Shown here piece after piece: positions 10,376 to 20,098 of a stretch of DNA of 64,000 bases. Source of the DNA: an uncultured beta proteobacterium. Lineage in GTDB: Bacteria; Pseudomonadota; Gammaproteobacteria; Burkholderiales; SG8-39. How positions within the stretch are numbered: position 1 is the first letter of the stretch; each line of letters starts with the position of its first letter. A program made the translations under genes and the position numbers. Where the stretch lies: NCBI GenBank assembly GCA_963811085.1, contig CAWEPV010000010.1, positions 35,399-99,398 on the forward strand, written 5' to 3'. Under the pieces are notes generated by a model that saw only the letters and a program-made list of their open reading frames with translations, searched no databases and had not been told where the DNA came from.

Positions 10376-11236
10376 ATGCACGGTCTCGCTCTAGCCGGCT
10401 CAGTCGCTCTGCTCAGCGCGCTGGCGCCCGGCACGAGCTTTCGCGACTGCAGCGTCTGCCCGGTGATGGTCGTGCTGCCGGCGGGCAGCTTCGAGATGGG
10501 CTCGCCGGCGAGCGATCCGGCGCGGACCGCGGACGAGCAGCCGCGTCACCGGGTCAGCTTCGTCCGCCCGTTCGCGGTGGCCAAATACGCCGTCACGCGC
10601 GGCGAGTTCGCGCGCTTCGTCGCCGAGTCCGGCTACCGCGTTGCCCCGGGCTGCCTGATCCGCAGGAGCGGCGGCTGGCGCGACGAGCGCCGCGCGAGCT
10701 GGCGCCGCCCGGGCTTCGCCCAGACCGACCAGGACCCGGTGGTGTGCATGAGCTGGAACGACGGCGAGGCCTACGCCGACTGGCTCAGCCGCAAAACCGG
10801 CCACGCGTACGCGCTGCTGACCGAGGCGCAGTGGGAATACGCCGCGCGCGCCGGGACCACGACGCCATACTACTGGGGCGCGCAGGCGAGCCGCGCCTAC
10901 GCCAACTACGGCACCGAGCGCTGCTGCGCGCCGGCGGCCGAGGGCAAGGACCGCTGGCTGCACACCGCGCCCTCGGGCAGCTTTCCGCCCAATGCCTTCG
11001 GCCTGTACGACATGCACGGCAACGCCTGGCAGTGGATGCAGGACTGCTGGCACCGCAACTACGACGGCGCGCCGGCCGACGGCAGCGCCTGGCTCAGCGG
11101 CAGCTGCGTCGACCGCGTCATGCGCGGCGGCTCGTGGAACTGCGGCACGTCGACCATTCGCGCCGCGGAGCGCGAGCTGCACGACCTCTCGGGCCGCTAC
11201 GCGGTGGTCGGATTCCGCGTCGCGCGCACGGACTGA
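10376..11236 (+). CDS. Formylglycine-generating enzyme (FGE-sulfatase/SUMF1) domain protein, probably exported
   Basis: FEMGS, PVVCMSWND, EAQWEYAARAG, NAFGLYDMHGN, RGGSW, GFRVAR; hydrophobic N-terminus. Confidence 0.88.
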   Translation: MHGLALAGSVALLSALAPGTSFRDCSVCPVMVVLPAGSFEMGSPASDPARTADEQPRHRVSFVRPFAVAKYAVTRGEFARFVAESGYRVAPGCLIRRSGGWRDERRASWRRPGFAQTDQDPVVCMSWNDGEAYADWLSRKTGHAYALLTEAQWEYAARAGTTTPYYWGAQASRAYANYGTERCCAPAAEGKDRWLHTAPSGSFPPNAFGLYDMHGNAWQWMQDCWHRNYDGAPADGSAWLSGSCVDRVMRGGSWNCGTSTIRAAERELHDLSGRYAVVGFRVARTD

Positions 11237-11239
11237 GCC

Positions 11240-12211
11240 CTACGGCGACGGACGCGCGCCGTCGTTGCGGCCGCGGCGCCATGTCGCCGGAGCGGCGCCG
11301 AACTCGCGCTTGAACGCGCGCGTGAACGCGGCAACAGAGGCGAAGCCCGCCGTTGCCGCGATCTTCTTGATCGCGTGGTCGGTATGCCGCAGCGAGTCCG
11401 CCGCGAGCCGCAGCCGCCATCGCGACAGGTACTGCATCGGCGCCGCGCCGGTGCAGCGCGCGAAGTGGTCGGCCAGGGCGGTGCGCGAGACGCCTACCGC
11501 GCGGGCGAGCGACTCGAGCGACCAATGCGATTCCGGTTTGCCGTGGATAAGCGCGAGCGCGCGGCTGGCAGTGCCGTCCCGCAATCCCGCGGTCCAGCCT
11601 TCGTGCCCTGGCGCAACGTCGAGGTAGGCGCGAATCGCGTCCACAAACAGCAGCTCCGAGAGCTTGCCGAGCACCGCGCCGGCGCCGGGCTGCGTCCCCG
11701 CGCGCGAATCGCGCACCGCGCGCTCAAGCAGCGCTGCCGCGCTGTCGGCGCCGAAACCGCAACGCAGCAGCTTCGGCAAGTGCAGCACGAGGTGCCCCGA
11801 AAGCACCTCGTCGCAGGCGAAGAAACCGCAGATGAGGCGTGTCCGGGCGCCGCCTCCCCCGTAGCGCACGCGCGCCATGCTTTCCGGCCGCGCGAGCTTC
11901 ACCGTCATGTCGGTCGTGATGCGCAACGGTTCCATGCCGGGCTGACTTGAGAGCAGGTGTACGTCCCCGTGGGGGACCAGGACGACCTCCCCGGCCCCGA
12001 CGGCAACCGGCGCCTCGTCCTGGATCTGAACGAAGCATTCGCCTTCCGGCACCAGGTGATAGGGAATGATCCTCTCGGCTCCCGGCGCCAGGCGCTCGGC
12101 GATTGCCGCGGGCGGCGGCGTCTGGATCGCCCACGGCGCCGTGAGCTCGACGTCGATATAGGCGAATCCGGTCAACCGGATCACGCGCAACAGCTCCGAG
12201 AGCGCATCCAT
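11240..12211 (-). CDS. AraC family transcriptional regulator (cupin_6 + HTH)
   Basis: MDALSELL start; WSLESLA...SRT...F; FTRAFKR. Confidence 0.9.
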   Translation of the reverse strand: MDALSELLRVIRLTGFAYIDVELTAPWAIQTPPPAAIAERLAPGAERIIPYHLVPEGECFVQIQDEAPVAVGAGEVVLVPHGDVHLLSSQPGMEPLRITTDMTVKLARPESMARVRYGGGGARTRLICGFFACDEVLSGHLVLHLPKLLRCGFGADSAAALLERAVRDSRAGTQPGAGAVLGKLSELLFVDAIRAYLDVAPGHEGWTAGLRDGTASRALALIHGKPESHWSLESLARAVGVSRTALADHFARCTGAAPMQYLSRWRLRLAADSLRHTDHAIKKIAATAGFASVAAFTRAFKREFGAAPATWRRGRNDGARPSP

Positions 12212-12321
12212 GGCAAGTGCGTTCCTGCGGTAGTTGGATCAAATCACGCGGCGAACGGGCTACGGTGCACCGCGCCGCGATTCTATATTGTTGCCCCCGT
12301 GGAACCGACCAAGGAGATCCT

Positions 12322-12876
12322 GTGAGCGCAACCCAGTCCGTGGTTTTGAGCAGCCAGGCGCCGCTGCGCGGTGCGTACAAGGCGCAGCCGGAAAAAGCGA
12401 TGATCACGAAGCATGTGCGAACGTCCTGTCCGCCGGGAACCGATCCGTTGCACGGCGTCGTGGTTCCCGGTGATGGCTACGGCGTCGAATGGCGCTTCGG
12501 CATCGACCGCGCCGTCGGCGGCTTGCACGATGCGCCGAACCCCGGAGAGATCCTGTGCGCGGCGCTTGCCGCGTGCCAGGACTCCACCCTGCGTATGGTG
12601 GCCGACCTGATGGGTGTCGCGCTGCTGCAGACCGAGGTCGAGGTGATCGGCCAAGTCGACGTCCGGGGCTGCCTGGCGATAGACCGCGCAACCCCGATCG
12701 GGTTTCAGGTCATGGAATGCAAGGTCCGTGTGCAGGTCGCGCCGGATACTCCGGCCGAGCAGGTGAAGAGACTGTTCGCGCAGTCCGAACGGCTTTGCAT
12801 CAACCTCGCCACCCTCCGTCAAGGCGTCCGAGTGCAGTCCCATTTCAGCCTCAAGGAACCGGTCGCGGCGGGCTGA
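12322..12876 (+). CDS. OsmC family protein
   Basis: PNPGEILCAALAAC and second Cys in ERLC; GTG after AAGGAG; divergent from AraC gene. Confidence 0.82.
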   Translation: MSATQSVVLSSQAPLRGAYKAQPEKAMITKHVRTSCPPGTDPLHGVVVPGDGYGVEWRFGIDRAVGGLHDAPNPGEILCAALAACQDSTLRMVADLMGVALLQTEVEVIGQVDVRGCLAIDRATPIGFQVMECKVRVQVAPDTPAEQVKRLFAQSERLCINLATLRQGVRVQSHFSLKEPVAAG

Positions 12877-13599
12877 TCAGGCGGCAGCCGCGCGGCACAG
12901 CGCCGCGCGCGCCAGCAGGCGGGTCGAATCGAGCGTCGGCAGCGGCGAGTTCGCGTCGCTCATGAGCAGGGGAATCTCGGTGCAGCCGAGCACCACCGCG
13001 TCGCAGCCCTGCTCCTTCATGCGCCCGACCACGCGCTGGAAATACGCCGCCGCCTCGGGCCGGAACACCCCGCACACCAGCTCGTCCATGATGATGCGGT
13101 TCATCTCGTCGCGCTCCGCCTGGTCCGGGCGCAGGCACTCGAGGCCGAACGCGGCCAGCTTTTGCGGATAGACCTCGCTCTCGACCAGCCAGCGCGTTCC
13201 GCTCAGACCGAGACGGCGGAACCCCCTCGCGACCGCCTGCTCGGCCACCACCTCCGCGATATGAAGCCAGGGCAGCGGCGAGCGCGGCAGCACCCAGGGC
13301 AGTGCCTGGTGGATCGTGTTGTCGGGGCAGATCAGGAACTGCGCTCCGACCTTGGCCAGTTTGTCCGCCGCGGAAAGCATCAGCTCGGCGACGCCGCGCC
13401 AGTCGCCGCGGTAGATGCATTCCATGTAATCCGCCAGCGAGTGCGTGTGCAGCGACACCTCGGGATGCGCGTGCGGCGCGCCCAGCAGCGCCGGTCCCTC
13501 GACGCAGATCGTGGTGTAGCACAGCGCGGCGCCTTCGGCCGAACAGGCGACGATGCCGATGTGCTGGGGCGCGATCGTCGGCTTGGCGTCTTGGTCCAT
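12877..13599 (-). CDS. Aspartate/glutamate racemase family protein
   Basis: ICPDNTIH and VLGCTEIPLL motifs. Confidence 0.88.
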   Translation of the reverse strand: MDQDAKPTIAPQHIGIVACSAEGAALCYTTICVEGPALLGAPHAHPEVSLHTHSLADYMECIYRGDWRGVAELMLSAADKLAKVGAQFLICPDNTIHQALPWVLPRSPLPWLHIAEVVAEQAVARGFRRLGLSGTRWLVESEVYPQKLAAFGLECLRPDQAERDEMNRIIMDELVCGVFRPEAAAYFQRVVGRMKEQGCDAVVLGCTEIPLLMSDANSPLPTLDSTRLLARAALCRAAAA

Positions 13600-13625
13600 G
13601 GCACAGCTCCTCTCAGACTCGCGTC

Positions 13626-14237
13626 TCAGACGAGATTCAACTGCCTGAAGCGCAGATACAGTTCGCGGCACGCCCAGGCGTCGGTGGCCGCGTAGGTGAT
13701 CTGCTGCGGCGTCAGGCGGCGCGCGGCCCAGTTCGTCGTTTTCGCGCCTTTGGGGATCCGCGTGCCGAGGAAGATCCCGGTCAGATTGCGAACGCCCGTC
13801 TGCTTCAGGCCGTGGCGCTTGGCAACCTTGCCCAGATCCACCACCGCCCTTTCCTCGAACTCGAACAGCTTCTTCAGGTTGCGCAGGTCGTCGGCCACCG
13901 ACACGCCCGCCTTTACGATCCTATCCGACGAAAAAATCTCCCGCATCGCAGCCGAATAGTCCTGCTGCTGGATCTGCAGCAGATATACCACGTCCGCGGT
14001 GGCGAACTGCACGACCGACGGCAGATAGCTCTCCCCGGGCCTGAAGGCGGGCCGCGTCTCGGTGTCGAAGCCGACCACGCTTTCCCCGCGCATGTCCCGC
14101 AGCGCGCGCTCCAGATCCTCCGGCGCCTCGACCAGGCACAGCGGCCCCTCGTAGCGCCTGATCGGCAGCTCGTTCATCGCCTCGCGCGAGATGCTGAGCG
14201 GGGTTTCGGTCGCAGGCGAATCCGCGGGATGGCTCAT
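13626..14237 (-). CDS. 3'-5' exonuclease (DEDDy, WRN/RNase D-like)
   Basis: VGFDTET, TNW...LT..QI.YAATDA. Confidence 0.88.
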   Translation of the reverse strand: MSHPADSPATETPLSISREAMNELPIRRYEGPLCLVEAPEDLERALRDMRGESVVGFDTETRPAFRPGESYLPSVVQFATADVVYLLQIQQQDYSAAMREIFSSDRIVKAGVSVADDLRNLKKLFEFEERAVVDLGKVAKRHGLKQTGVRNLTGIFLGTRIPKGAKTTNWAARRLTPQQITYAATDAWACRELYLRFRQLNLV

Positions 14238-15970
14238 CAGAGCACGCAACCGTAGTGCGCCGAGGAGACCAGGCGCACGTACTTGTCCATCACCGACCCG
14301 GGGCGCAAGGGCTCCCGCCGGGCGGGCTGCTTGCGCGCCGCCAGCCGGCGCGCGATCTCAGTCGCGTCCACGGCGAGATCCAGCGTGCGCGTGCGCGGAT
14401 CGATCACGATCGTGTCGCCGTCCTGCACGATCCCGATCGGACCGCCTCGCGCCGCCTCGGGCGAGATGTGACCCACCAGAACGCCGTGCGAGACGCCCGA
14501 GAACCTGCCGTCGGTGATCAACGCGACGTCCTTGCCCAGGCCCCGCCCCTGGAGCTGGATCGTCAGGTGCACCATCTCCGGCATGCCGGGCGCGCCGGCC
14601 GGACCAACGTTGCGCACCACCACCACGTCGCCCGGCACGATCGCGCCGGCGCGGATCGCGGCGAGCGTGTCGGCCTCGCTTTCGAACACTCTCGCGCGGC
14701 CGCGGAACGCGCCGCCCGCGAGCGTCTTGCCGGAGAGCTTCAGCACGCAGCTCTCGGGCGCGAGGTTGCCCTTCAATACGCTGATGTGGTTCCCCGGCGG
14801 CGCGACCGGGCGCGCCACGGGCCGCACGATGTCCTGCTCGCCGAGCGCGGCGAGCGCCGGCGCGTCGCGCAGGTTCTCAGCCACCGTCTTGCCCGTCACC
14901 GTCATAGCGCCGCCGTGCAGCAAACCGTGCTCGAGCAGCTCTTTCATCACCACCGGCACCCCGCCGATCTTGTGCAGCGACACCATCGCGTACGGCCCGT
15001 GCGGCTGCAGGTTCGCGATCAACGGTACCCGCTGGCCCGCTTGCTCGATGCGCTCGACCGTCAGCGGCACCCCGGCCTCGCGCGCGATCGCGAGCAGGTG
15101 CAGGTACATATTGGTCGAGCCGCCCATCGCGTAGGCGGTGACGATCGCATTCTCGAACGCCTCGAGCGTCATGATGTCGCGCGGGCGCAGCCCCTTCGCC
15201 ATCAGCCCGTACAGCGCGTCCACGCTCGCGCGCACGTGCGCCTTCACGTCGGCGTGGATGTCGCTTGCCGCGTCGACGTCCGCCGGCTGCGACGCGCCGC
15301 GCGGCAGCATCATCCCCATCGCCTCCGCGATCGTGCTCATCGTGTTGGCGGTGAACATGGCGCCGCAGGTCCCGCTGCCCGGCATGATCGCGCGCTCGAT
15401 CTGCAACAGCTCCTTGTCGCCGATCTTCCCCGCCTCGCGCGCTGCCTGCGCCTCGCCGTGGTCGAGGATCGTCAAATTGTTGCCCTTCGCCGCCCACGGT
15501 GCGAAATCCACATGCCCCGGCGAGCTCGTACCGGGATACACCACCAGCCCGAACGCATTGGTGCGCGCGAGCGGCATCATCGCCGCCGCCCCGCTCTTGT
15601 CGCAGCCCGAGATCACCACCATCGCCTGCCCGTGATGCGCGTAGTGCCCCGTCTCGAAGCAATCCGCCACCAGCTCGCGCGACACCAGGCTATACCCGGC
15701 GTTCGCGCTGCCCTGCGTCAGCGCATCCGACACCGCCGGCGCCCCCACCAGCAACCCCTGCCCGCCGCGCTCTCCGATCGTCTCCACCACCAGATCCGCG
15801 ATCCGTCGCACCCGGTTGTTGCAGCGGTGCGCGTTCGTATAAGGACTGCCCACCGTCACCACCGCATTCGTCTTTCCGGCCCGATCCGGATCGAACCCCG
15901 CCGCGCGCAGCTCCACCACGCGCAGGCTGACGCCAGTGTCGTTCCAGTAGCTCTTGTTCAGCTCAGACAT
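14237..15970 (-). CDS. Dihydroxy-acid dehydratase (IlvD/Edd family), divergent
   Basis: GCDKS, GTCGAMFTANTM, GGSTN, GPAGAPGMPEM, ITDGRFSG, VGHISPEA. Confidence 0.88.
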   Translation of the reverse strand: MSELNKSYWNDTGVSLRVVELRAAGFDPDRAGKTNAVVTVGSPYTNAHRCNNRVRRIADLVVETIGERGGQGLLVGAPAVSDALTQGSANAGYSLVSRELVADCFETGHYAHHGQAMVVISGCDKSGAAAMMPLARTNAFGLVVYPGTSSPGHVDFAPWAAKGNNLTILDHGEAQAAREAGKIGDKELLQIERAIMPGSGTCGAMFTANTMSTIAEAMGMMLPRGASQPADVDAASDIHADVKAHVRASVDALYGLMAKGLRPRDIMTLEAFENAIVTAYAMGGSTNMYLHLLAIAREAGVPLTVERIEQAGQRVPLIANLQPHGPYAMVSLHKIGGVPVVMKELLEHGLLHGGAMTVTGKTVAENLRDAPALAALGEQDIVRPVARPVAPPGNHISVLKGNLAPESCVLKLSGKTLAGGAFRGRARVFESEADTLAAIRAGAIVPGDVVVVRNVGPAGAPGMPEMVHLTIQLQGRGLGKDVALITDGRFSGVSHGVLVGHISPEAARGGPIGIVQDGDTIVIDPRTRTLDLAVDATEIARRLAARKQPARREPLRPGSVMDKYVRLVSSAHYGCVL

Positions 15971-16067
15971 GGCGTGCGCCAGCGATACTGAACACTTGTG
16001 TCAGGTTTCGATTATCGTGCACGATCGACCTCCCATTGGCCGAAAGCCTATCACCAGGAGAGGAGAC

Positions 16068-16397
16068 ATGATCAAGGTCAGCGTGATGTACCCCAACACA
16101 CCCGGCGCGCGGTTCGATCATGCGTACTACCGCGACAAGCACATGCCGCTGGTCAAGGCCCGGCTGGGCGACGCCTGCAAGTACTACACGGTCGACAAGG
16201 GTTTGGCCGGCGGAGCTCCGGGCACATCGGCGACTTACGTCGGCATGTGCCAGATCTTCTGCGATTCGGTCGAGAGCTTCCAGGCCGGCTTCGGACCTCA
16301 TGCTCAGGAAATCATGGCCGACATCCCGAACTACACGGATATACCGCCGGTGATCCAGATCAGCGAAGTCGTCGTCGGCCTGCCGGGCGGCCGCTGA
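16068..16397 (+). CDS. EthD family reductase
   Basis: MIKVSVMYP...FDHAYYRDKHMPLV...DIPNYTDI.P; AGGAG RBS. Confidence 0.88.
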   Translation: MIKVSVMYPNTPGARFDHAYYRDKHMPLVKARLGDACKYYTVDKGLAGGAPGTSATYVGMCQIFCDSVESFQAGFGPHAQEIMADIPNYTDIPPVIQISEVVVGLPGGR

Positions 16398-16439
16398 GCA
16401 GTTCCGCCCGGAGCTTGGCCTCACTTCAAGCGCTCGGCG

Positions 16440-16922
16440 TCACATCTGCTTGAGGATCTTTCGATAGATATCCCACAGCACGGCCTGTTGTTTGCTTCCG
16501 GGCCTTATGTCCAGAAACGTCACCGCGCTCAGCAACACACGTTTGCCCTTCCGAATGACCACCACACCCAGTGTGCCTTCGCCCACCGACATCAGGCCCC
16601 CGTTGCCGATGTCGGTTATCTTCACCAGCTTCACCCGGGAAGGCAGGCTCTTCGCAAAATACGCGCGAAGCGGACCCCTGGCATCCTGAACCCTAATGTC
16701 CATGTCGGCCATGCCATGCGGTCTTTCACTCCAGAAACAATGGTTGGGAGAGGCGGTGGGAAAGAGGCGTTTGCGATACAGTTTCTTGAGCTGACCGGCA
16801 CCGACCTGATTGCAGATATCAAGGTCCCCGCCGGGCTTCGCGGCGGCAGGGGCGGAAAAGCCGAGAAGCAGGCTGACGGACATCGCCAAAATTGAGCCGC
16901 ATTTCCAAGTTGCAGTTTTCAC
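16440..16922 (-). CDS. Exported hypothetical protein
   Basis: GTG after GGAGGGG RBS; signal-peptide-like N-terminus; two Cys in the mature part; atypical codon usage. Confidence 0.6.
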   Translation of the reverse strand: MKTATWKCGSILAMSVSLLLGFSAPAAAKPGGDLDICNQVGAGQLKKLYRKRLFPTASPNHCFWSERPHGMADMDIRVQDARGPLRAYFAKSLPSRVKLVKITDIGNGGLMSVGEGTLGVVVIRKGKRVLLSAVTFLDIRPGSKQQAVLWDIYRKILKQM

Positions 16923-17010
16923 CGTCCCCTCCTTTCAGTTACTCGATAATCTTCCAGCACAAGTCCTTGCGGATCACTTTGCCAACCCGGAACTCGAATA
17001 ATATGCCGCC

Positions 17011-17682
17011 TTGTCGCACTGCCAAAGCGTAATCGCTAGGCGCTTGGCTCAGATAGTTACACTATCCTGTATTGCCGCGGTCGCCGGGCTGCTGCTTGCC
17101 GAACGGTTCGCAAGACCGGTCGCGCACGCGATTCTCAAGCTCAGCGCAAGTTCGGCTTTCGTCCTTGTTGCGCTCTCGCTCGATGCGCCCGCCTCGGCCT
17201 ACGGCCGGTTGATCCTAGCCGCCCTGGCGCTGAGCTGGCTCGGCGATGCGGCGCTTCTGTCCAGGCGCCGGGGCGCCTTCCTGGCCGGTCTCGGTGCCTT
17301 TCTGATCGCTCATCTGTGCTTCGCGCTGGCCTTCTGCACCGGCGCGTTCTCGTTCGAGGGTTTCCTGGTCGCCCTTGCTCCCGCGCTCGGCGTCGGGATC
17401 GCCGTCGTGCGCTGGCTGTGGCCCCATCTCGGGGCGGCCTACAGGGGTCCCGTGACAGCCTACGTTGCCGCGATCCTCGTCATGTGCGCGACCGCGGCGG
17501 GCTACGGCGCCGCGACCGGCCGCTGGCAAGTGCTGCTCGGCGCCGTCATGTTTGCGGCCTCGGACGTCGCGGTGGCCCGCGACCGTTTCGTCGTCAAGAG
17601 TTTCCCCAACAAGGCCTGGGGATCGCCCGCCTATTTCGCGGCACAGCTGATTTTGGCCTGGTCCGTCGCGTCGGCGACGTGA
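17011..17682 (+). CDS. Lysoplasmalogenase / YhhN family membrane protein
   Basis: LSWLGD, FLAGLGAFLIAH, FAASD, YFAAQ motifs; start uncertain. Confidence 0.85.
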   Translation: MSHCQSVIARRLAQIVTLSCIAAVAGLLLAERFARPVAHAILKLSASSAFVLVALSLDAPASAYGRLILAALALSWLGDAALLSRRRGAFLAGLGAFLIAHLCFALAFCTGAFSFEGFLVALAPALGVGIAVVRWLWPHLGAAYRGPVTAYVAAILVMCATAAGYGAATGRWQVLLGAVMFAASDVAVARDRFVVKSFPNKAWGSPAYFAAQLILAWSVASAT

Positions 17683-17870
17683 CCCCGGGGCTAGACGCCC
17701 TGCGGGAGCTTGGAGGCCATCATCTTCCTGCGGTCGAGCTTGCGTCCGTCGACGATGAAGCTGCCGTCGCCAATGGCGTGACGGGTGCACTTTTCCTTGC
17801 GCGCGGGATCGACGTAGGCAGCGAGGCCTTGCTCGGGTTCAGTTTGCGCATGCGGCGACTCGTTGCATCG

Positions 17871-18257
17871 TCAGTCGGTGTATTCGCCCCTGCCCTTGGG
17901 GTATTCCTTCTCCCACTCCCGGCCGTTGGTCACGCGTACGCTCATCTCCTCGACCGTGCCCGGATCGAGGCAGCGCGCATTGACGCTGATGCCGTCCGGG
18001 TGCGAGCGCGGCACGTAGAACGATTTGATGCCGCACACCTTGCAGAACAGGTGTTTCGCCGTGCCGGTATTGAAGGTGTACGTTGCGAGCGAGTCGCCGC
18101 CGGAGAGCAGCTTGAAGCGCTCGACGGGAACGACCAGGTGCAGGTATCCCGACTTGGTGCAGATCGAGCAGTTGCACTCCGAGACCCGGATCTTCGCGGG
18201 TGCGGTCACCTCGAACCTGACCCGGCCGCAGTGACAACCTCCGGTATGAGTGATCAC
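17871..18257 (-). CDS. GFA family protein (CENP-V/GFA Zn-binding)
   Basis: GGCHCG, CNCSIC, HLFCKVCG, RSHP. Confidence 0.92.
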   Translation of the reverse strand: MITHTGGCHCGRVRFEVTAPAKIRVSECNCSICTKSGYLHLVVPVERFKLLSGGDSLATYTFNTGTAKHLFCKVCGIKSFYVPRSHPDGISVNARCLDPGTVEEMSVRVTNGREWEKEYPKGRGEYTD

Positions 18258-18292
18258 GCATCCTCCCGTTGTTCCGTGTATAAACTGTATCG

Positions 18293-19012
18293 TCAGCTCT
18301 CGCCGGCGGGAAGCCGGAAGGCGGGCGACCAGCCGAGCTCGCGACGAGCCTTCGCGCTCGTGACGGTGCCGTCTTCCTCGGCAACGTTGTAGACGCCGGG
18401 CCCCCCACAGGTCGTCGCACGGCGCGCGGCGTCGGCGGCGGCCTCGACGTGGACCGGCCCATGGGCCGGCGGGACCGCTGTCCAGGTGTTCGGCCCGTAC
18501 AGCCGGCCATAGCGCAGGACGACGCTTTCCAATCCGCAGCCCAGCACCAGCTGTTCCAGCTTGATCACTGAACCATACGACGCGCTGTCCAGCGGCGCCT
18601 CTTCCGCGTACGGCTGCGGCCCCGGAACGTAGGCAAAGGCGATGCTCTGGGCCACGATGCGCCGGGCACCCGAGGCGAGCGCCGCCGCAACGAGGTTGTC
18701 GGTCCCGACCTCGCGAATCCTCGCGTTGCGCGGACGCGCGGCCGCCATGCTCTCCGGAGTCGCCTGTTTGGGCAGGTCGGTGAGCTGATGGACGACGGCT
18801 TCCGGGTCGGCGGCGCCTACCGCTTCGATCAGCGCCTGCCGATCGAACACATCGACGACGACTGGATCGACCCCCAGCGACCGAAGTCGCGCCGCCCGCT
18901 CCGGCGAGCGCGTCATGCCGACGACACGCCAGCCGTCCTGCAGCAACAGCCCGCACAGGACTTCACCGATCGCGCCGCTTGCACCTGCGACGAATGCTTT
19001 GCGCGTGGACAT
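18293..19012 (-). CDS. NAD-dependent epimerase/dehydratase family protein
   Basis: GASGAIG, VVHQLTDL, LRYGRLYGP. Confidence 0.85.
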   Translation of the reverse strand: MSTRKAFVAGASGAIGEVLCGLLLQDGWRVVGMTRSPERAARLRSLGVDPVVVDVFDRQALIEAVGAADPEAVVHQLTDLPKQATPESMAAARPRNARIREVGTDNLVAAALASGARRIVAQSIAFAYVPGPQPYAEEAPLDSASYGSVIKLEQLVLGCGLESVVLRYGRLYGPNTWTAVPPAHGPVHVEAAADAARRATTCGGPGVYNVAEEDGTVTSAKARRELGWSPAFRLPAGES

Positions 19013-19030
19013 GAGTGTGAGTTCCCGGCG

Positions 19031-20098
19031 CTACATCTCGAGCGGCTTCCAGTAACCCGTGAGCTCGAGGTAGCCACGGCCGGCTTCTTTGCCGCCCTGC
19101 ATCGCGCGCACGGCGCCTTCCCAGTAGATGGCGCCGGTGCTGGCGCGCGAGTCGAGTTCCTGGTCGTTCATCAGGGGCTCGAGGTCCCACGATTCGGTGC
19201 CGGCGGTGACGCGCATGGCGACGGGGTATTCAACGTTGGTGCGCGGGGAGCGCCACGTGCGAAGCGGCGTGAAGGAAACATGAGCGGGGGTGAACACGGT
19301 CTTGCCCTGCTCGTTGTTGAGGGTGCCGCCGGCCCAGTAGACACCGCCGGTCTTGTTTCTAATTCGAAAGGCCATCAGGGCCCCGCCGCGCTCGAGGTTA
19401 ATGCCGCACCAGTCCCAGCCGGCGGCCTCGGGGGCGAGGTAGTCGCTCGACCACTCGTGGTCGAGCCAGGCGCTGCCGGTGACGGCTTCTCTGCCTTTGC
19501 CGCGCTCGATCGTTCCGCGCACTTCGAGCTGCGGACGGCTGTAGTAGTAGCTGGCCTCGCCCGGGCGCGGGCCCTTGCGGCTGTAACCGTCGTCGCCATC
19601 GAGCAGCAGCGGGGCGTGGGCGGTAAGGCTCAGATCGAGCGCGAATTCGCGCGCGGCAATGACGGTCCGATAGATGTCGCCTTCGAGCTTGAAGCGCCAG
19701 TCGTCGATCCAGGCGTCGGTGGTGGCCTCGGCCGCGCCGGCGAGGCCGAGTGCTTCGCGCGCGGCGCGCTGGTCGTCGCGTAGCCGCCCGAAGCTCGGAT
19801 CGGACAGCGCGGCGTGGGCGAACACGATCTGGCGCGGAGTGAAGGCGCTCGGGTTGTCGGTCGCGAACGGAAGGCGCGAGCGGAAGAACGTCACCTGGAA
19901 GCCGAGCGGCTCGCTGCCCGCGTCGAGCCAGCCGGTGGCGTACCACCACTCGGTGCGGAACTCCGGATGCGCACCGTGATCGCGAGGGAAATGAAGCGGA
20001 CGATCGGGAACGACCTGAGGAAAAGAGATTTCTTTCGCAACCAGGTCATGACCAAACCCAAGTAAAACCAAGCCCGATATGAAGTCCCTGCGCTTCAC
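19031..20098 (-). CDS. Lipocalin-like AttH/CrtC-family secreted protein, possible Tat substrate
   Basis: KRRDF N-terminus; FPRDHGAHPEFRTEWWY, WLDHEWSS, YWEGAV, GYLELTGY. Confidence 0.88.
   Translation of the reverse strand: MKRRDFISGLVLLGFGHDLVAKEISFPQVVPDRPLHFPRDHGAHPEFRTEWWYATGWLDAGSEPLGFQVTFFRSRLPFATDNPSAFTPRQIVFAHAALSDPSFGRLRDDQRAAREALGLAGAAEATTDAWIDDWRFKLEGDIYRTVIAAREFALDLSLTAHAPLLLDGDDGYSRKGPRPGEASYYYSRPQLEVRGTIERGKGREAVTGSAWLDHEWSSDYLAPEAAGWDWCGINLERGGALMAFRIRNKTGGVYWAGGTLNNEQGKTVFTPAHVSFTPLRTWRSPRTNVEYPVAMRVTAGTESWDLEPLMNDQELDSRASTGAIYWEGAVRAMQGGKEAGRGYLELTGYWKPLEM

Noticed and set aside
14255-15991. Long antisense ORFs (also 20221..22620, 34479..36062 and others)
   Set aside because: Expected stop-poor shadows of real genes in high-GC DNA; no motifs
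16405-16440. attC-like half site next to the atypical exported gene
   Set aside because: Lacks GTTRRRY/RYYYAAC ends and a complementary arm; no integron integrase in the window
17691-17873. Open frame continuing past the GFA gene's TGA (possible readthrough or Sec)
   Set aside because: The GFA domain is complete before the stop; no recognisable SECIS or domain; more likely a remnant or chance
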